Of a DNA stretch of 64,000 bases, positions 51,654 through 61,517 are shown piece after piece. The position numbers were made by a program, and so were the translations under genes. The stretch covers positions 1,376,001-1,440,000 of the forward strand of contig CBDDFZ010000001.1 in the NCBI GenBank assembly GCA_965227515.1, given 5' to 3'. The notes beneath the pieces were generated by a model. That model worked only from the letters and a program-made list of their open reading frames with translations, ran no database searches and was not told the origin of the DNA. The DNA comes from Alphaproteobacteria bacterium. Lineage in GTDB: Bacteria; Pseudomonadota; Alphaproteobacteria; CALKHQ01. Numbering within the stretch: position 1 is the stretch's first letter; the number at the start of each line of letters is the position of its first letter.

Positions 51654-52469
51654 CTATTCGGCGGCGTGGCTGTGCGCGAGCTCGTAGGCGCGGTGGGTGT
51701 CCAGCACCTGCGGGTACGGGTACTCCACTCCCAGCAATCTCTTCAGCGTCGGGCTGGCGGCGTCGATCACCTCCTGCCGCACGCTCTTGAGCTGGTCTTC
51801 CATCGGCTTGACGAACTTCGGTAGGTACTGGCCGAGCAGGCCAACCCGCTGCTTGTCTGTGCGGTTATGGCCGGAGCCGTGCCAGAGCAGCCCGGTCATC
51901 AGCATCACCGAGCCCGCCGATCCGGTGGTCTGGGTCATGATGCCCTCGCACTCCTCCGGCGTGGGGAACCTGCCCTGCGCCTGGGTGCCGGGTGCGACCA
52001 TGGTGGCCCCGTTCTCGGTGGTGAAGTCGTCCAGCATGATCGTCGACTGGCAGTTCATGAAGAAGGTGGAGTTGATGCCCATCGGGAACGTGCCGCGCTC
52101 GTACAGGTCCCAATAGGGATAGTCCAGGTGCGGCGGCTGCGGCTTGGCGCCCGGCTGCACGACCCGGCCGGCGAACGAGCCGAGCTTGAGGTCGGAACCG
52201 AGGATGCGTGAGAACACTTCCAGGATCAGCGGCTCCTGCGCCATCTGGCGAAAGATCTCGCCCTTGTCGATCAGGTTCCAGACATGATCGGTCGCCTTCA
52301 GCACCGACAGCGCGTCGCTGGTGTCGATATCGGGCGGCGGTACGGCGGCCAGCTCCAGCAACTCGGCGCGCGCCTGGGCCACCTGGTCGGGCGAGAACAG
52401 CCCCTCGACGACATAATAGCCCTTGCCCTGGGTCAACTCGCGCACGATCGCATCGACATCGTGGGACAT
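51654..52469 (-). CDS. Phytanoyl-CoA dioxygenase (PhyH) family Fe/2OG enzyme
   Basis: HLD, DDFTTENGAT..PG and WHG.G.N....R motifs; GGAGG RBS. Confidence 0.85.
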   Translation of the reverse strand: MSHDVDAIVRELTQGKGYYVVEGLFSPDQVAQARAELLELAAVPPPDIDTSDALSVLKATDHVWNLIDKGEIFRQMAQEPLILEVFSRILGSDLKLGSFAGRVVQPGAKPQPPHLDYPYWDLYERGTFPMGINSTFFMNCQSTIMLDDFTTENGATMVAPGTQAQGRFPTPEECEGIMTQTTGSAGSVMLMTGLLWHGSGHNRTDKQRVGLLGQYLPKFVKPMEDQLKSVRQEVIDAASPTLKRLLGVEYPYPQVLDTHRAYELAHSHAAE

Positions 52470-52646
52470 GACGGTTCCTCCAACGCTTGTTCGATTTTGG
52501 TCGGAGCATAGACCTGCTGCGGCGCCGGCACATCCATTTTGCTGTGGGCAGGCGCCCAAAATATATGGCCGTTCTTGACCATCCGCATATTTTGGCAGAC
52601 TCTTGAGGGCTATATGGGGCCCTCAACCGGGTGTGAGGTGACGCAG

Positions 52647-53738
52647 ATGGTTGCGCGTAGGGACTACAGTCTGAATGGCGCCGAAACCAAGCGCGCGTGG
52701 GAGCGCGGGCTGGTCTCGGCCGAGTGGTACAAGTGCGACGTGCCGCGCAAGCAGATGAAGGAATTCATGCAGCGCTCCGACTTTCCGGCGCTGTGGCATG
52801 TGCTGCTGTGGTTCGCGCTCATCGCCGCCTTCGCCGCCGCAACCATCCTGACCTGGGGGTCGTGGTGGTTCATCCTGCCGTTCTTCTTCTACTGCAGCAT
52901 CCTGACCGGCTCGTCGGACCCGCGCTGGCATGAATGCGGCCACGGCACCGCGTTCAAGACCCAGTGGCTGAACACCGTGGTCTACCACTTCGCCTGCTAC
53001 TGGCTGCTGCGCGAGCCGCAGGTCTGGCGCTACAGCCACACCCGCCACCACACCGACACCATCATCGTCGGCCGCGATCCTGAGATCATCACCCCCCGGC
53101 CGCCGGACCTGCCGCGGCTGTTGCTGACCGTGTTCAACCTGACCGGCGGGCTGAAGACGATTCCCAAGGTGTTCCAGCACGCCATGGGCAAGAAGACCTT
53201 CCCGGAAGAGGACTTCGTGCCGGAGTCCGAATGGCCGAAGGTCTTCCTGTCGGCGCGGGTCTGGGTCGCGTGCTGGGCCGCCACAATCGTCCTGGCGCTG
53301 GCCACGTGGTCGATCCTGCCGCTGCTGATGCTGTTCGTGCCGCAGTTCCTGGGCCACTGGGTGGTGATGTTCTTTGGCGTCACCCAGCACATCGGCTTGG
53401 CCGACGACGTGCTGGACCATCGGCTGAACACCCGCACCATCTACATGAACCCGGTGTTCCGGTTCCTGTACCTGAACATGAACTACCACGTGGAACACCA
53501 CATGTTCCCGATGGTGCCGTACCACGCGCTGCCCAAGCTGCACGAGGCGATCAAGGCCGACACGCCGGAGCCCTATCCCAGCACCTGGGCGGCGTATAAG
53601 GAGATCTTCCCGGCGGTTTTCCGCCAGTTACGCGATCCCGAATGGTGGGTGCACCGCAAGCTGCCGGGCCAGCCCGCCGCCGATGACGGCGGCAAGGCAG
53701 ATGCCCCGGCCCAAGGCACCGGCGCCCAGACGGCCTAG
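52647..53738 (+). CDS. Membrane di-iron desaturase/hydroxylase (MocD-like)
   Basis: His boxes HECGH, HTRHH and HVEHH; RDYSL.G N-terminus. Confidence 0.85.
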   Translation: MVARRDYSLNGAETKRAWERGLVSAEWYKCDVPRKQMKEFMQRSDFPALWHVLLWFALIAAFAAATILTWGSWWFILPFFFYCSILTGSSDPRWHECGHGTAFKTQWLNTVVYHFACYWLLREPQVWRYSHTRHHTDTIIVGRDPEIITPRPPDLPRLLLTVFNLTGGLKTIPKVFQHAMGKKTFPEEDFVPESEWPKVFLSARVWVACWAATIVLALATWSILPLLMLFVPQFLGHWVVMFFGVTQHIGLADDVLDHRLNTRTIYMNPVFRFLYLNMNYHVEHHMFPMVPYHALPKLHEAIKADTPEPYPSTWAAYKEIFPAVFRQLRDPEWWVHRKLPGQPAADDGGKADAPAQGTGAQTA

Positions 53739-53775
53739 CCTGCGCTAGCCGCCACCGTCCGGGCCGGCCTGGCCG

Positions 53776-54693
53776 GTGCCGGCTGTTCCAGGAAGACATG
53801 CATTGCCGAAGCTGGCAGGCAACGGGGCGTCTGCCCGCCTTGCCATCCTGGTCATGTGCGCCGGCGTGCTGTCGCTGTGCCTGAACGATGCCGCCGCCAA
53901 GTGGCTGGTTCAGCGCTACTCGCCGTTCCAGATCATCTTCGTCCGGGGCGTCCTGGCGTTGCCGCTGATCGTCGCCCTGGTGCTGTGGGCCGACGGCAAG
54001 GCCGCGCTGCGCACGCCGCGCCTCGGCATCCACGCTTTCCGTGGTGTGCTGGCGGTTGGCGCCACGTTCGGCTTCTTCACAGGACTCAACGTGTTGCCGC
54101 TGGCCGAGGCGACGTCGCTGGTCTTCGCCGCACCCATCTTCATCACCGCGCTGTCGGTGCCGCTGCTGCGCGAGCGGGTCGGCTGGCGCCGGTGGACGGC
54201 GGTGACCGTTGGCCTGGTCGGCGTGCTGATTATCGTCCGGCCCGGCGCGGCGGCGTTCCAGACCGCGTCGCTCTATGTCGTCGGTGCGGCGGCACTGCAT
54301 GCCTTGGCCATGATCACCGTGCGCTGGGTCGACGAACGCGACAACATGCGCACCATGATGCTCTACCTCACCGTCTTCCCGGTGCTCTATTGCAGCTTCG
54401 TCGTCTTCACCGCGTGGCCGGCACCGATGTGGATCGACCTGGCGCTGTTCGCGTTCATGGCGGTGCTCGGCACCCTGGGGCTGACCCTGATCAGCCAGGC
54501 GTTCCGCATGGCGCCGGCCGCGGTGGTGGCGCCGTTCGAATACACCGCCCTGGTCTGGGCGAGCGGGCTCGGTTGGCTGGTCTGGGGCGTCATTCCGGAG
54601 GTCTGGGTCTATGCCGGCGCGGCCGTCATCGTCGCCAGCGGCATCTTCATTATCCTGCGCGAGTCCGCCCGGAAGGCCGCGCCGTCCGGTTGA
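53776..54693 (+). CDS. DMT/EamA family transporter
   Basis: Multi-TM; ERVGWRRW and VAPFEYT motifs; start may be TTG near 53803. Confidence 0.85.
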   Translation: MPAVPGRHALPKLAGNGASARLAILVMCAGVLSLCLNDAAAKWLVQRYSPFQIIFVRGVLALPLIVALVLWADGKAALRTPRLGIHAFRGVLAVGATFGFFTGLNVLPLAEATSLVFAAPIFITALSVPLLRERVGWRRWTAVTVGLVGVLIIVRPGAAAFQTASLYVVGAAALHALAMITVRWVDERDNMRTMMLYLTVFPVLYCSFVVFTAWPAPMWIDLALFAFMAVLGTLGLTLISQAFRMAPAAVVAPFEYTALVWASGLGWLVWGVIPEVWVYAGAAVIVASGIFIILRESARKAAPSG

Positions 54694-54761
54694 CGCGCCG
54701 TTGGGGAACCGGGCGGCGTGCACGGTGTTGGACTGGTTGCGGTAATTCCATTTGGACGCGA

Positions 54762-54831
54762 CCTCCTGACACGACGTTGTCAGGAGGGGCAGGGCCGGAG
54801 CGTTGACGTTGGGCATGGGGCGCTCTAGTTT
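54762..54831 (+). promoter_or_regulatory. Palindromic operator plus sigma70 promoter upstream of egtB
   Basis: CCTCCTGACA-N6-TGTCAGGAGG at 54762..54787; TTGACG-N17-TAGTTT at 54803..54831. Confidence 0.6.
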
Positions 54832-54836
54832 CTGAT

Positions 54837-54936
54837 TTGTTCAGGTTTGCCGGTGGGGCAACAAGGGCCGCGGCGCACGGAGTGGGGTGCCCGAGCGGCT
54901 GAACAAGAGGGGCTGGCGGGCAGGGCCCGCCGTTTT
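54837..54936 (+). ncRNA. Candidate riboswitch/attenuator or sRNA upstream of egtBD
   Basis: UUGUUCAG/CUGAACAA closing stem at the predicted start site, two inner stems, then GGCGGGC-AGG-GCCCGCC-GUUUU. Confidence 0.5.
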
Positions 54937-55077
54937 GGCAGCCTCCGAAATTCCAGAAATGTCGGCCGGGCGACAGGTCCGGCTTGCATCGCGGTCGCAA
55001 GCGTGGCCGCGCAACGAGGGCGCGCGCGTCGGCGACGGACCGCCAGGCGCGCCCGGCACGGGCTTGAGGGAGGCACC

Positions 55078-56391
55078 ATGCCGACGTTCGGAACCCCGTC
55101 CAAGACTGCGCGAACCAATGTCGTGCCGACCGACCTAGGCACACGGTACGACGACGGGCGCCAGGCGACCCTCGACCTCGCGTCGGGTCTCAGCGACGCC
55201 GACGCCACCGTCCAGTCGATGGAGGATGCCAGCCCGGCGAAGTGGCACCTGGCGCACACCACCTGGTTCTTCGAGACATTCCTGCTGATGCCGCAGGTCG
55301 ACGGCTACCGCCCGTTCGACGACCGCTTCGGCTATCTGTTCAACTCGTACTACGAGGCGAAGGGCGACCGGCACCCCAGGCCCCGTCGCGGCATGCTGAC
55401 CCGGCCGTCGTTGGGCACGGTGCTCGACTACCGCGCCCACGTCGACGCGGCGATGGCGCGCTGGCTGGCGGAGGGGCTGGATGAGGCCCAGGCCGGGCTG
55501 GTGGTGCTCGGCCTCAACCACGAGCAGCAGCACCAGGAACTGTTCCTGACCGACATCCTGCACCTGTTCGCGCAGAACCCGCTGCGCCCCGCCTTCCGCA
55601 AGCCCGAACCCTTGGAGGTAAAGCCCGGCGCGCCGGCCGATCTGGCGTGGCTGGACTTCGACGGTGGCATCGTCGAGATCGGCCACGATGGCCAGGGTTT
55701 CAGCTTCGACAGCGAGGGGCCGCGCCACCAGGCGCTGCTCCAGCCCTACCGTCTCGCCTCCCGCCCGGTCACCAACGCGGAGTGGTGCGAATTCATCGAT
55801 GACGGTGGATATGCCGACCCGATGCTGTGGCTGTCCGACGGCTGGGCCGTTGTCCAGGCGGAGGGCTGGCGGGCGCCGCTCTATTGGCAGCGCGATGGCG
55901 GCGATGGCGGCGATGGCGGCGGCGAATGGCAAACCATGACCCTGCGCGGCATGCAAAGCATCGACCCCGCAGCACCTGTCTGCCACGTCAGCCTTTTCGA
56001 GGCCGATGCCTTCGCGCGCTGGGCCGGCAAGCGCCTGCCGACCGAGTTCGAGTGGGAGCATGCTGCGGCCGACCTGCCGATCGCTGGCAACTTCGCCGAC
56101 AGCGGCCGGCTGCGCCCGGCCCCAGCGACACCGAACGGCGGCGCCGGCCTGCAGCAGATGTTCGGCGACGTCTGGGAGATGACCGCCAGCCCGTTCGCGG
56201 CCTATCCCGGCTTCCGCCCCGCTGCCGGCGCGGTCGGCGAATACAACGGCAAGTTCATGTGCGGCCAGTTCGTGCTGCGCGGCGGCTCGTGCGCCACGCC
56301 CGCCGGCCACATGCGCGCCTGCTACCGCAACTTCTTTCACCCGGACAAGCGCTGGCAGTTCTCCGGCCTGCGCCTGGCGGAGGACCAGTGA
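55078..56391 (+). CDS. egtB: Ergothioneine sulfoxide synthase EgtB
   Basis: [36 protein letters not shown] and YRNFF motifs; GGAGG RBS. Confidence 0.93.
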   Translation: MPTFGTPSKTARTNVVPTDLGTRYDDGRQATLDLASGLSDADATVQSMEDASPAKWHLAHTTWFFETFLLMPQVDGYRPFDDRFGYLFNSYYEAKGDRHPRPRRGMLTRPSLGTVLDYRAHVDAAMARWLAEGLDEAQAGLVVLGLNHEQQHQELFLTDILHLFAQNPLRPAFRKPEPLEVKPGAPADLAWLDFDGGIVEIGHDGQGFSFDSEGPRHQALLQPYRLASRPVTNAEWCEFIDDGGYADPMLWLSDGWAVVQAEGWRAPLYWQRDGGDGGDGGGEWQTMTLRGMQSIDPAAPVCHVSLFEADAFARWAGKRLPTEFEWEHAAADLPIAGNFADSGRLRPAPATPNGGAGLQQMFGDVWEMTASPFAAYPGFRPAAGAVGEYNGKFMCGQFVLRGGSCATPAGHMRACYRNFFHPDKRWQFSGLRLAEDQ

Positions 56392-57377
56392 TGGACGACC
56401 TCAGAACATTCGACACCGATACCGACGACCGCGCGGCGGAACGCAGCGCAGAGGCCGCGCGCCGTGCATTCGCGGACGCCGTCGCCAAGGGCCTGTCGCA
56501 GCCGCAGAAGACGCTTGAGTGCAAGTATCTCTATGACGCGCGCGGCTCGGCCCTGTTCGACGAGATCTGCACCCTGGATGCCTACTACCCGACCCGCACC
56601 GAGATCGGCATCCTGGACGCCTGCGTGGCTGAGGTCGCGGCGGCCGCCGGCCCGGGCGCGGAGCTGGTGGAGCTGGGCAGCGGCGCCAGCGTGAAGAGCC
56701 GTATCCTGCTGTCCGCGCTCGACCGCCCGTCGCGCTACCTGCCCGTCGACATCTCGGCTGCGCACATGGAGGCGGCAGCCGAGCGGCTGCGAAGCGCCTA
56801 TCCCGGCCTGGAGATCGTGCCGGTCGCGGCCGATTTCAGCCAGCCGTTCAAGGTGCCGTCCAGGGCGGGCGAGGGACAGCGCGTGCTGTTCTTCCCCGGC
56901 TCGACCATCGGCAATTTCACGCCGCAAGAGGCCGAGGACCTGATGGCCCGTCTGCGCCGCGACATGGATGCCGACCTGTTCGTGATCGGGGTCGACCTGG
57001 TGAAGGACGTCGCGGTGCTGGAGGCGGCCTATGACGACCCGGAGGGCGTGACCGCCGCCTTCGACATGAACCTGCTGGCGCGGATCAACCGGGAGCTCGG
57101 CGCCGACTTCGACACCTCGGGCTTCCATCACGAGGCGCGCTGGAACACCGACGCGCACCGGATCGAAATGCACCTGGTCAGCGACGCCGACCAGCAGGTG
57201 ACGGTCGACGGCACGCGCTACCGGTTCGCGGATGGAGAGACCATCCACACCGAGAACAGCCACAAGTTCACGGTGGAGGGCTTCCAGGCGCTCGCCCGCC
57301 GCGCCGGCTGGTCACCGCGCCAGGTCTGGACCGATCCGAAGCACTGGTTCTCGGTGCATCTGCTGGGTGCGGCCTGA
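56391..57377 (+). CDS. egtD: L-histidine N-alpha-methyltransferase EgtD
   Basis: KYLYDARGS.LF, YYPTRTE, ELGSG, GSTIGNF, AYDD..GVTAAF and IHTENSHKF motifs; coupled to egtB. Confidence 0.93.
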   Translation: MDDLRTFDTDTDDRAAERSAEAARRAFADAVAKGLSQPQKTLECKYLYDARGSALFDEICTLDAYYPTRTEIGILDACVAEVAAAAGPGAELVELGSGASVKSRILLSALDRPSRYLPVDISAAHMEAAAERLRSAYPGLEIVPVAADFSQPFKVPSRAGEGQRVLFFPGSTIGNFTPQEAEDLMARLRRDMDADLFVIGVDLVKDVAVLEAAYDDPEGVTAAFDMNLLARINRELGADFDTSGFHHEARWNTDAHRIEMHLVSDADQQVTVDGTRYRFADGETIHTENSHKFTVEGFQALARRAGWSPRQVWTDPKHWFSVHLLGAA

Positions 57378-57462
57378 CGCGCGGGGCGCGTTCGCCCTAT
57401 ACTGCGGGCAAGCGAGATAAGGCCGGCGGGAAGCGCTGGCCAATTGCAGCAGGGGAAACGCC

Positions 57463-57858
57463 ATGGAAATTCGCCGCAGCGATGAGACGCCGTCCACCTC
57501 GGGGTCCGCGGAGACATTCACCGGGTCGGTGCGCTTCGACACGCCGTTCCAGATGACCGAGCCGGCGCGGGCCGGCGGCGGGACCGTCACCTTCGAGCCG
57601 GGCGCGCGTACCGCCTGGCACGCCCATCCCTATGGGCAGACCCTCATCGTCACCGCCGGGGTCGGCTGGGTGCAGCGCGAGGGCGAGCCGAAGCAGGAAA
57701 TCCGCCCTGGCGACGTGGTCTGGATCAAGCCGGGCGAGAAGCACTGGCACGGGGCCACCGCGACCCAGGCGATGTCGCACGTCGCCATCGCGGAGGCACA
57801 GGGCGGCAGCCGCGCGGAGTGGATGGAGCACGTCTCCGACGAGGACTATCTGGGGTAA
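57463..57858 (+). CDS. Cupin domain protein
   Basis: [17 protein letters not shown] and EKHWHGA motifs. Confidence 0.9.
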   Translation: MEIRRSDETPSTSGSAETFTGSVRFDTPFQMTEPARAGGGTVTFEPGARTAWHAHPYGQTLIVTAGVGWVQREGEPKQEIRPGDVVWIKPGEKHWHGATATQAMSHVAIAEAQGGSRAEWMEHVSDEDYLG

Positions 57859-57891
57859 GCCGGCGCGCCGTCATCAGCTCATTTGTTCGTC

Positions 57892-58030
57892 GTCATTGCG
57901 AGCCCTAGGGCCAAGCCCGAGGACAGGCTCCGCGAAGCAATCCAGGCGATTGACGTGCCTGCTCTGAGGTCGCTCTGGATTGCCGCGTCGCGCCGTTCTC
58001 CTCGCGTCGCCCCGCGCTCCTCGCAATGAC
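57892..58030. repeat. Family E repeat
   Basis: GTCATTGCGAG...GCAATCCAG...CTGGATTGC...CTCGCAATGAC. Confidence 0.82.
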
Positions 58031-58056
58031 GGCGAGTGTGAAATTCGTCGCTGTGG

Positions 58057-58773
58057 CTACCCCGCGCCGCCCAGGTAGGCCGCCTGCACGGCGGGGTCCT
58101 GGGCCAGCGCCGTGGCCGGGCCGGCGCCGGTAATCGCACCGTTCTCCAGCAGGTAGCCGCGGTCGGCGATGGCCAGGCTCTGCTTGGCGTTCTGCTCCAC
58201 CAGCAGCACGCCCATGCCGGTCTCGCGGATGTGGGCCAGCGCCTGGAACAGCTCCTTGCACAGCAGCGGCGACAGGCCGAGCGAGGGCTCGTCCAGCATC
58301 AGGATCGTCGGGTTCGCCATCATCGCGCGGCCGATGGCGACCATTTGCTGCTCGCCGCCGGACATGGTGCGCACGGTCTGGGCGCGGCGCTCCACCAGCT
58401 TGGGGAACAGTCCGTAGACCCGCTCCAGGTTGGCCGCCTCGTGCGGCCGGGCGCGGGCGGCATAGGCACCCAGCGTCAGGTTCTCGGTCACCGTCAGGTC
58501 GGCGAAGATACCGCGCCCCTCGGGCACGAAGGCGATGCCGCGCTCGACGATGCGGTCGGGGCCGAGGCCGGTCAGCGGCGTGCCATCGAGGGTTGCGCTG
58601 CCGGCAACGGTGCCAGCACTCATGCCGGCGATGGCGCGCAGCAGCGAGCTCTTGCCGGCACCGTTGGCGCCCAGGATCACCACGACCTCGCCCGGCGCGA
58701 CGTCGACGGCCACGCCCTCCAGCGCGCGGTGCAGGCCATAGGCCACCGAGAGGTCAGAGACCCTTAACATCAT
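58057..58773 (-). CDS. Branched-chain amino acid-type ABC ATPase (LivF-like)
   Basis: GANGAGKS, VPEGR, MSGGEQQM and LDEPSLGL motifs. Confidence 0.92.
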   Translation of the reverse strand: MMLRVSDLSVAYGLHRALEGVAVDVAPGEVVVILGANGAGKSSLLRAIAGMSAGTVAGSATLDGTPLTGLGPDRIVERGIAFVPEGRGIFADLTVTENLTLGAYAARARPHEAANLERVYGLFPKLVERRAQTVRTMSGGEQQMVAIGRAMMANPTILMLDEPSLGLSPLLCKELFQALAHIRETGMGVLLVEQNAKQSLAIADRGYLLENGAITGAGPATALAQDPAVQAAYLGGAG

Positions 58774-59507
58774 TCATCACCCAGATAGGCGCGCACGACG
58801 GCGGGGTCCGACAGCACCTCGGTCGGCGTGCCCTCGGCGATCTTGGCGCCGGCGTTCATCACCACGCAGCGGTCGCAGAGCGCGCGGATCGCGTCCATCA
58901 CGTGCTCGACCAGGATGATGGTGCGCCCCTCGCGACGGAGGCCGGCGACGAGGTCGATGCCGACCTGAAGCTCGGTCGGGTTCAGCCCGGCCAGCCACTC
59001 GTCGAGCAGCAGCACTTGCGGGTCGCTGGCGAGCGCGCGGGCGAGTTCCAGCCGCTTCTGGTCGATGTAGGTGAGGGCGCTGGCGGGCTGGTGCATCTGG
59101 CCGCCGAGGCCCAACCGGTCGAGCAGTTCGGCCGCCCGGGCTTGCGCGCGCGCCCCCCAGGCCGGGCTGTGGCCGAAGGCGGCGCCGGCCAGCACGTTGT
59201 CCAGGATCGTCAGCCCCGGCAGGATGCGCACGAGCTGGAACGTGCGCGCCAGCCCCAGGCGCGCCACCTTGTGCGGCGGCAGGCCGGAAATGGCGTGGCC
59301 GGCCATCGAGATCGCGCCCGCCGACACCCGCAGCGCGCCGGAGATCAGGTTCAGCATCGTGGTCTTGCCGGACCCGTTCGGCCCGATGATGCCGAGCACT
59401 TCGTGCGGGGCGACCGCGAACGACATCTGGTTGACCGCGACCAAGCCGCCGAAACGCTTGGTGACGTCGCGTACCTCCAGCATTGGCGCGCTCGCCGGGG
59501 CGCTCAT
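58770..59507 (-). CDS. ABC ATPase (LivG-like)
   Basis: GPNGSGKT, ARTFQ, LLDEWLAGL and VVRAYLG motifs. Confidence 0.9.
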   Translation of the reverse strand: MSAPASAPMLEVRDVTKRFGGLVAVNQMSFAVAPHEVLGIIGPNGSGKTTMLNLISGALRVSAGAISMAGHAISGLPPHKVARLGLARTFQLVRILPGLTILDNVLAGAAFGHSPAWGARAQARAAELLDRLGLGGQMHQPASALTYIDQKRLELARALASDPQVLLLDEWLAGLNPTELQVGIDLVAGLRREGRTIILVEHVMDAIRALCDRCVVMNAGAKIAEGTPTEVLSDPAVVRAYLGDE

Positions 59508-60430
59508 TTTCGCACCCGTGCGACCGCGCTCTCGATCAGGCCGACGAAGCCGCGCGGGATGAAATAGACGATCAGGAAGAAGGCGACGCCCAGGAACAGC
59601 GTGGTCGAGGTGGGGAAGGAGATGGTGATCGCCTCCCAGATCAGGGTGAACGGGATCACGCCGACGATCGGCCCCCACAGCCGGTGGACCCCGCCCAGCA
59701 TCGCCATGATCACCACCAGGAAGCTCAGCTCCGGCGAGAACACCTCGTTCGGCTCGATGTAGGAATAGCGCGGCGCGATGATGGCGCCGACCAGGGCGGC
59801 GAAGAAGCCGGTGATGGTGAACAGCACCACCTTGGCGCCGGCGGTGTTGATGCCGACATGGCGGGCGACGGTCTCGTCATTGCCGATGACGCGCAGCGCG
59901 AAGCCCAGGCGCGAGCGCGCGATCCACCAGCCGAGCGCGTAAACGATGGCGGCGACCGCCAGCAGCATCCAGTAGATGTGCGCCTCGGTGAATTCGGTCA
60001 GCACATAAAGGCCGCGCGAGCCGAGGAAGTTGTTCTGCACCCACGAGACCAGGTTGCGGACCATCTCCGCCAGCCCCAGGGTGAAGATGACGAAGTACAT
60101 GCCGGAGAGCCTGAGCGTGGCCAGCCCGATCAGTGCCGCCAGCACGGCGGCGACCAGCGGAGCGGCGGCGGCCATCAGCCAGAACGACTGGCCGTAGTCG
60201 CTCATGCCGGCGCCGACCATGTAGCCGCCGATGCCGAAGAACGCGCCGGTGGCCAGCGAGATGTAGTGGGTGGGGCCGGAGAACAGCGCCCAGCTCATGG
60301 CGAGCGCGATGAACATCATCGCGGTGACGGCGATGGAGAGCCAGTAGGGTCCGGCCACCAGCGGCACCGCGGCGGCGATGGCCGCCAGCAGGCCCGCGAT
60401 GATGAGCGGCTGCCAGTCCCGTGCCGTCAT
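59504..60430 (-). CDS. ABC permease (LivM-like)
   Basis: Multi-TM; RLSGMYFVIFTLG motif; operon context. Confidence 0.88.
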   Translation of the reverse strand: MTARDWQPLIIAGLLAAIAAAVPLVAGPYWLSIAVTAMMFIALAMSWALFSGPTHYISLATGAFFGIGGYMVGAGMSDYGQSFWLMAAAAPLVAAVLAALIGLATLRLSGMYFVIFTLGLAEMVRNLVSWVQNNFLGSRGLYVLTEFTEAHIYWMLLAVAAIVYALGWWIARSRLGFALRVIGNDETVARHVGINTAGAKVVLFTITGFFAALVGAIIAPRYSYIEPNEVFSPELSFLVVIMAMLGGVHRLWGPIVGVIPFTLIWEAITISFPTSTTLFLGVAFFLIVYFIPRGFVGLIESAVARVRK

Positions 60431-61290
60431 GCCGCGCGCCGCCCGAACAGGCCCTGCGGGCGGAACAGCAGGACGGCCAGGAAGATCAGATAGGCCGCGA
60501 CCAGGGTGAGCCCCGGGTCGACCAGCCGCGCCACCGTCGTCTCGACGAAGCCGAGCACGAAGGCGGCGATGATGGCGCCGCGAATGTCGCCGACCCCGCC
60601 CATGATCACGATGATCAGCGCCTTCAGGGTGAAGATGACGCCGACCGACCCGTCCAGGGTGATGAAGGTGGAGATCAGGGCGCCGCCGACCACGGTGACG
60701 GCGCCGCCGAGCGCGAAGGCGAACGCGCTGATGCGCGCGACGTTGATGCCGACCAGGCCGGCCGCCTCTGTATCGGTGGCGACCGCACGCACCGCCGTGC
60801 CGGCACGGGTGTGGCGCAGCCAGACATAAAGGCCGCCGCCGATGACGATGGCGCAGCCGAATGCGACCAGTCGGTTCAGTGCCACGGTCGTGCCCAGCAC
60901 CTCCAGCGGCTCGGCCAGGTAGGAGTAGGAGAACAGGCTGCCCTCGATCATCGTCATCACGCCGACCAGCGCGAAGCTCATGCCGAAGGTGGCCAGGATC
61001 GAGTCCGTCTCAAGCTGGCCCTTGGTCTTGGCGCGGCGCACCAGCGGGCGCATCAGGAAACGGTAGATCAGCCAGTTGGCGGCAAACGCCAGGGGCGCCA
61101 TCGCCAGCAGGGTGATCAGCGGGCTGAGCTCGGCGGAGACGTAGAACCAGAACGCGGCCAGCGCGCCCAGCACCAACAACTCGCCATTGGCCAGGTTCAT
61201 GATCCGCGCCACGCCATATTGCAGGTTCAGCCCCATGGCGATCAGCGCATAGGTGCCGCCCAGGATCAGGCTGGAGATGATGATGTCCAT
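60427..61290 (-). CDS. ABC permease (LivH-like)
   Basis: YALIAMGLNLQYGV..IMNLANGE and IMGGVG motifs. Confidence 0.88.
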   Translation of the reverse strand: MDIIISSLILGGTYALIAMGLNLQYGVARIMNLANGELLVLGALAAFWFYVSAELSPLITLLAMAPLAFAANWLIYRFLMRPLVRRAKTKGQLETDSILATFGMSFALVGVMTMIEGSLFSYSYLAEPLEVLGTTVALNRLVAFGCAIVIGGGLYVWLRHTRAGTAVRAVATDTEAAGLVGINVARISAFAFALGGAVTVVGGALISTFITLDGSVGVIFTLKALIIVIMGGVGDIRGAIIAAFVLGFVETTVARLVDPGLTLVAAYLIFLAVLLFRPQGLFGRRAA

Positions 61291-61372
61291 TGGCGCGAAT
61301 GGTGTGACGTTGGCGCAGGTGGTCCGAACGCGGGTCTTAGATTGATGCCTGACCAGACACCATAAACACAAT

Positions 61373-61463
61373 CGTCATGCCCGCACTTGTTGCGGGCATC
61401 CACGCCTTGTTGGCCGCGTGAGCGGCCATCTCGTGGATGGTCGGGTTAAGCCCGACCATGACG
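61373..61463. repeat. Family A repeat
   Basis: CGTCATGCCCGCACTTGTTGCGGGCATCCACG identical to the left arm at 110. Confidence 0.85.
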
Positions 61464-61517
61464 GTGTTTTGGAAGGGCGGCGCGGGCCGGTCATTTACGC
61501 CAGCCCGCGACCGCCGG

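Noticed and set aside
55891-55923. (GATGGCGGC)3 repeat in egtB
   Set aside because: In-frame DGG loop expansion; it does not shift the frame.
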